64,000 nucleotides of DNA, from the NCBI GenBank assembly GCA_010015585.1, contig ML975149.1. One strand, given 5' to 3'. The position numbers were made by a program, and so were the translations under genes. The stretch is from Eremomyces bilateralis CBS 781.70. Taxonomy: Eukaryota. A model generated the notes under the pieces. The model did no database searches. It saw only the letters and a program-made list of their open reading frames with translations, and had not been told where the DNA came from. Positions 62,460 to 64,000 of this stretch are shown here, piece by piece (the stretch's first letter is position 1; each line of letters begins with the position of its first letter).

Positions 62460-64000
62460 ACTCAATTCCGAGGAGGAGGACATTCTTGCTTCCTGACAAG
62501 AGCTTGCACAAGTTTGCCCCGGTCGAGATGGTGCGCAGGTCGAGGACCCTGATCGTATTGGCGATCGAGAAATTGACCGTGCATATATCCTTGATGGCAT
62601 GATCGGTAACTATCTCGACCTCGACCTCGAGTTCTGGAAGCGGATGAAGGCGGACTTTCCGGCCAACTTAGTAGCCGTTGCTGCTGGTACATATGCTAGC
62701 CTAAATGGCAAACAGAAACTCTGCCAGGACCTCGTCATGCGTCACTTTCACGCCTACCAGGAGCACCGGCCTCCGCCTCAGCTCCTGCTAAGCATCGATG
62801 GTAAGGGTGGGACAGGGAAGACGTACCTTATTATGATCCTTTCCGAGGCGCTTGAGACTGTCGCGAGTGCGATAGGCCATACTACCTCCCCAATCATTCG
62901 AGCTGCTCCTACCGGTGTGGCCGCGCACAATATTTCGGGTAGGACCCTTCATTCTCTATTCCGCCTCACTCCAAAGGCCAGGCAGTACGAAAAGTTGTCA
63001 AAGCAAGCCGCTCAGGCTATTCAGGCTGCATTCAAAGGTGTTCAATATATCGTCATTGACGAGAAGTCAATGGTTGGTTTGAAACTCCTTGCTTGGATTG
63101 ACCGTCGATGCAAGGAGATTTGGCCTGATCGTAGTGACCTTCCATTTGGTGGCCTCAACGTTATCCTAGCTGGCGACTTCTTCCAGCTGCCGCCTGTTGG
63201 CGAGAAGCCTCTCTTTACCGGCCAGAACAACATTTCAAAGAACATCGATGAAAGTCATGGCCATAGACTCTACCAAGGCTTCTTCCGAACGATTGAGCTA
63301 GACGTTGTTGTCCGTCAGCAGGGACCTGAGGAGGCAATGTTTCGAAATGCACTCGAAGACTTACGAACCGGGAATGTCACGGTTGATAACTGGCGCCTTC
63401 TTGCCACGCGAGTTGCTTCTACCCTCTCGCCCAGTGACGTCCAAAGCTTCCAAGGTACCCTTCACGTCTACGCCAAAAAGGCAGACGTCATTCAATTCAA
63501 CCATACACAGATGCGCGAAAGTGGCCGACCAGTTGTCCTGATGATTGCAACTAATGAGGGGAAAGATGCAGCGAGCGCCACTACCGAACAAGCTGGTAAC
63601 CTGCAGAACATCCTCCCTATATCTATTGGTTGCCGTGTCATGCTTACCGAGAATATCTGGACCGAACGAGGATTGGTAAACGGTACTATGGGTAATGTAC
63701 GCGACATGGCCTGGGAAGCGGACGTTGAAGATCCCCGGAAGTCGCCTCCTACGGCATTATTGGTTGCGTTCGATAGCTATAATGGTCCATCCTTTCGGGA
63801 GGTTAACGGCGAAAAGCTCGTGCCTATATTCCGGTCCCGCCGAGACTTCGTTCACGGTTCTGTCGCCTGCCTGCGTACCCAGTTTCCATTGGTTCTAGCG
63901 TATGCTATCACCATCCACAAGAGCCAGGGAATGACACTTGAAAAGGCAGTGTTAAACATCGCTGATAAGCGGGACTTTGCGCCGGGATTAACTTATGTAG
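62460..64000 (+). mobile_element. Helitron-like PIF1 helicase region (runs off the window; Rep domain missing, 5' part disrupted)
   Basis: IDGKGGTGKT, AAPTGVAA, GRTLHSLF, IDEKSMVG, PFGGLNVILAGDFFQLPPV, RVMLTENIW..GLVNGTMG, RTQFPLVLAYAITIHKSQGMTL. A stop and a frameshift lie near 62490-62600. Confidence 0.85.

Overview
Genomic DNA from a filamentous ascomycete (short GT-AG introns with CTRAC branch sites, RIP-like C>T/G>A damage). The window has two parts. About 1-33 kb is an accessory region rich in transposons and pseudogenes. About 40-60 kb is a block of core genes (RPN1, RIO2, TOM20, EXO84, an MT-A70 methyltransferase, LEU5), followed by a Helitron-like PIF1 helicase that runs off the right edge. 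Main observation: a 5S rRNA 3' fragment (1008-1048) is followed about 250 bp later by an intron-containing, stop-riddled pseudogene that resembles the N-terminus of a Starship captain (DUF3435 tyrosine recombinase). A same-strand 5S 5' fragment with its upstream flank reappears at 32723-32755. This suggests a decayed ~31.7 kb Starship inserted into a 5S gene. The putative cargo includes a divergent, probably zinc-regulated gene pair: a GPI-type protein with three CxPHxDHWxC repeats and a signal-bearing N2227/CARNMT1-like histidine methyltransferase, separated by three identical CAAGGT-containing 15-mers. It also includes an amidase / HxnM-like hydrolase / amino-acid permease trio and a transcription factor / SDR group. 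All family calls come from motifs recognised by eye; no database search was run.
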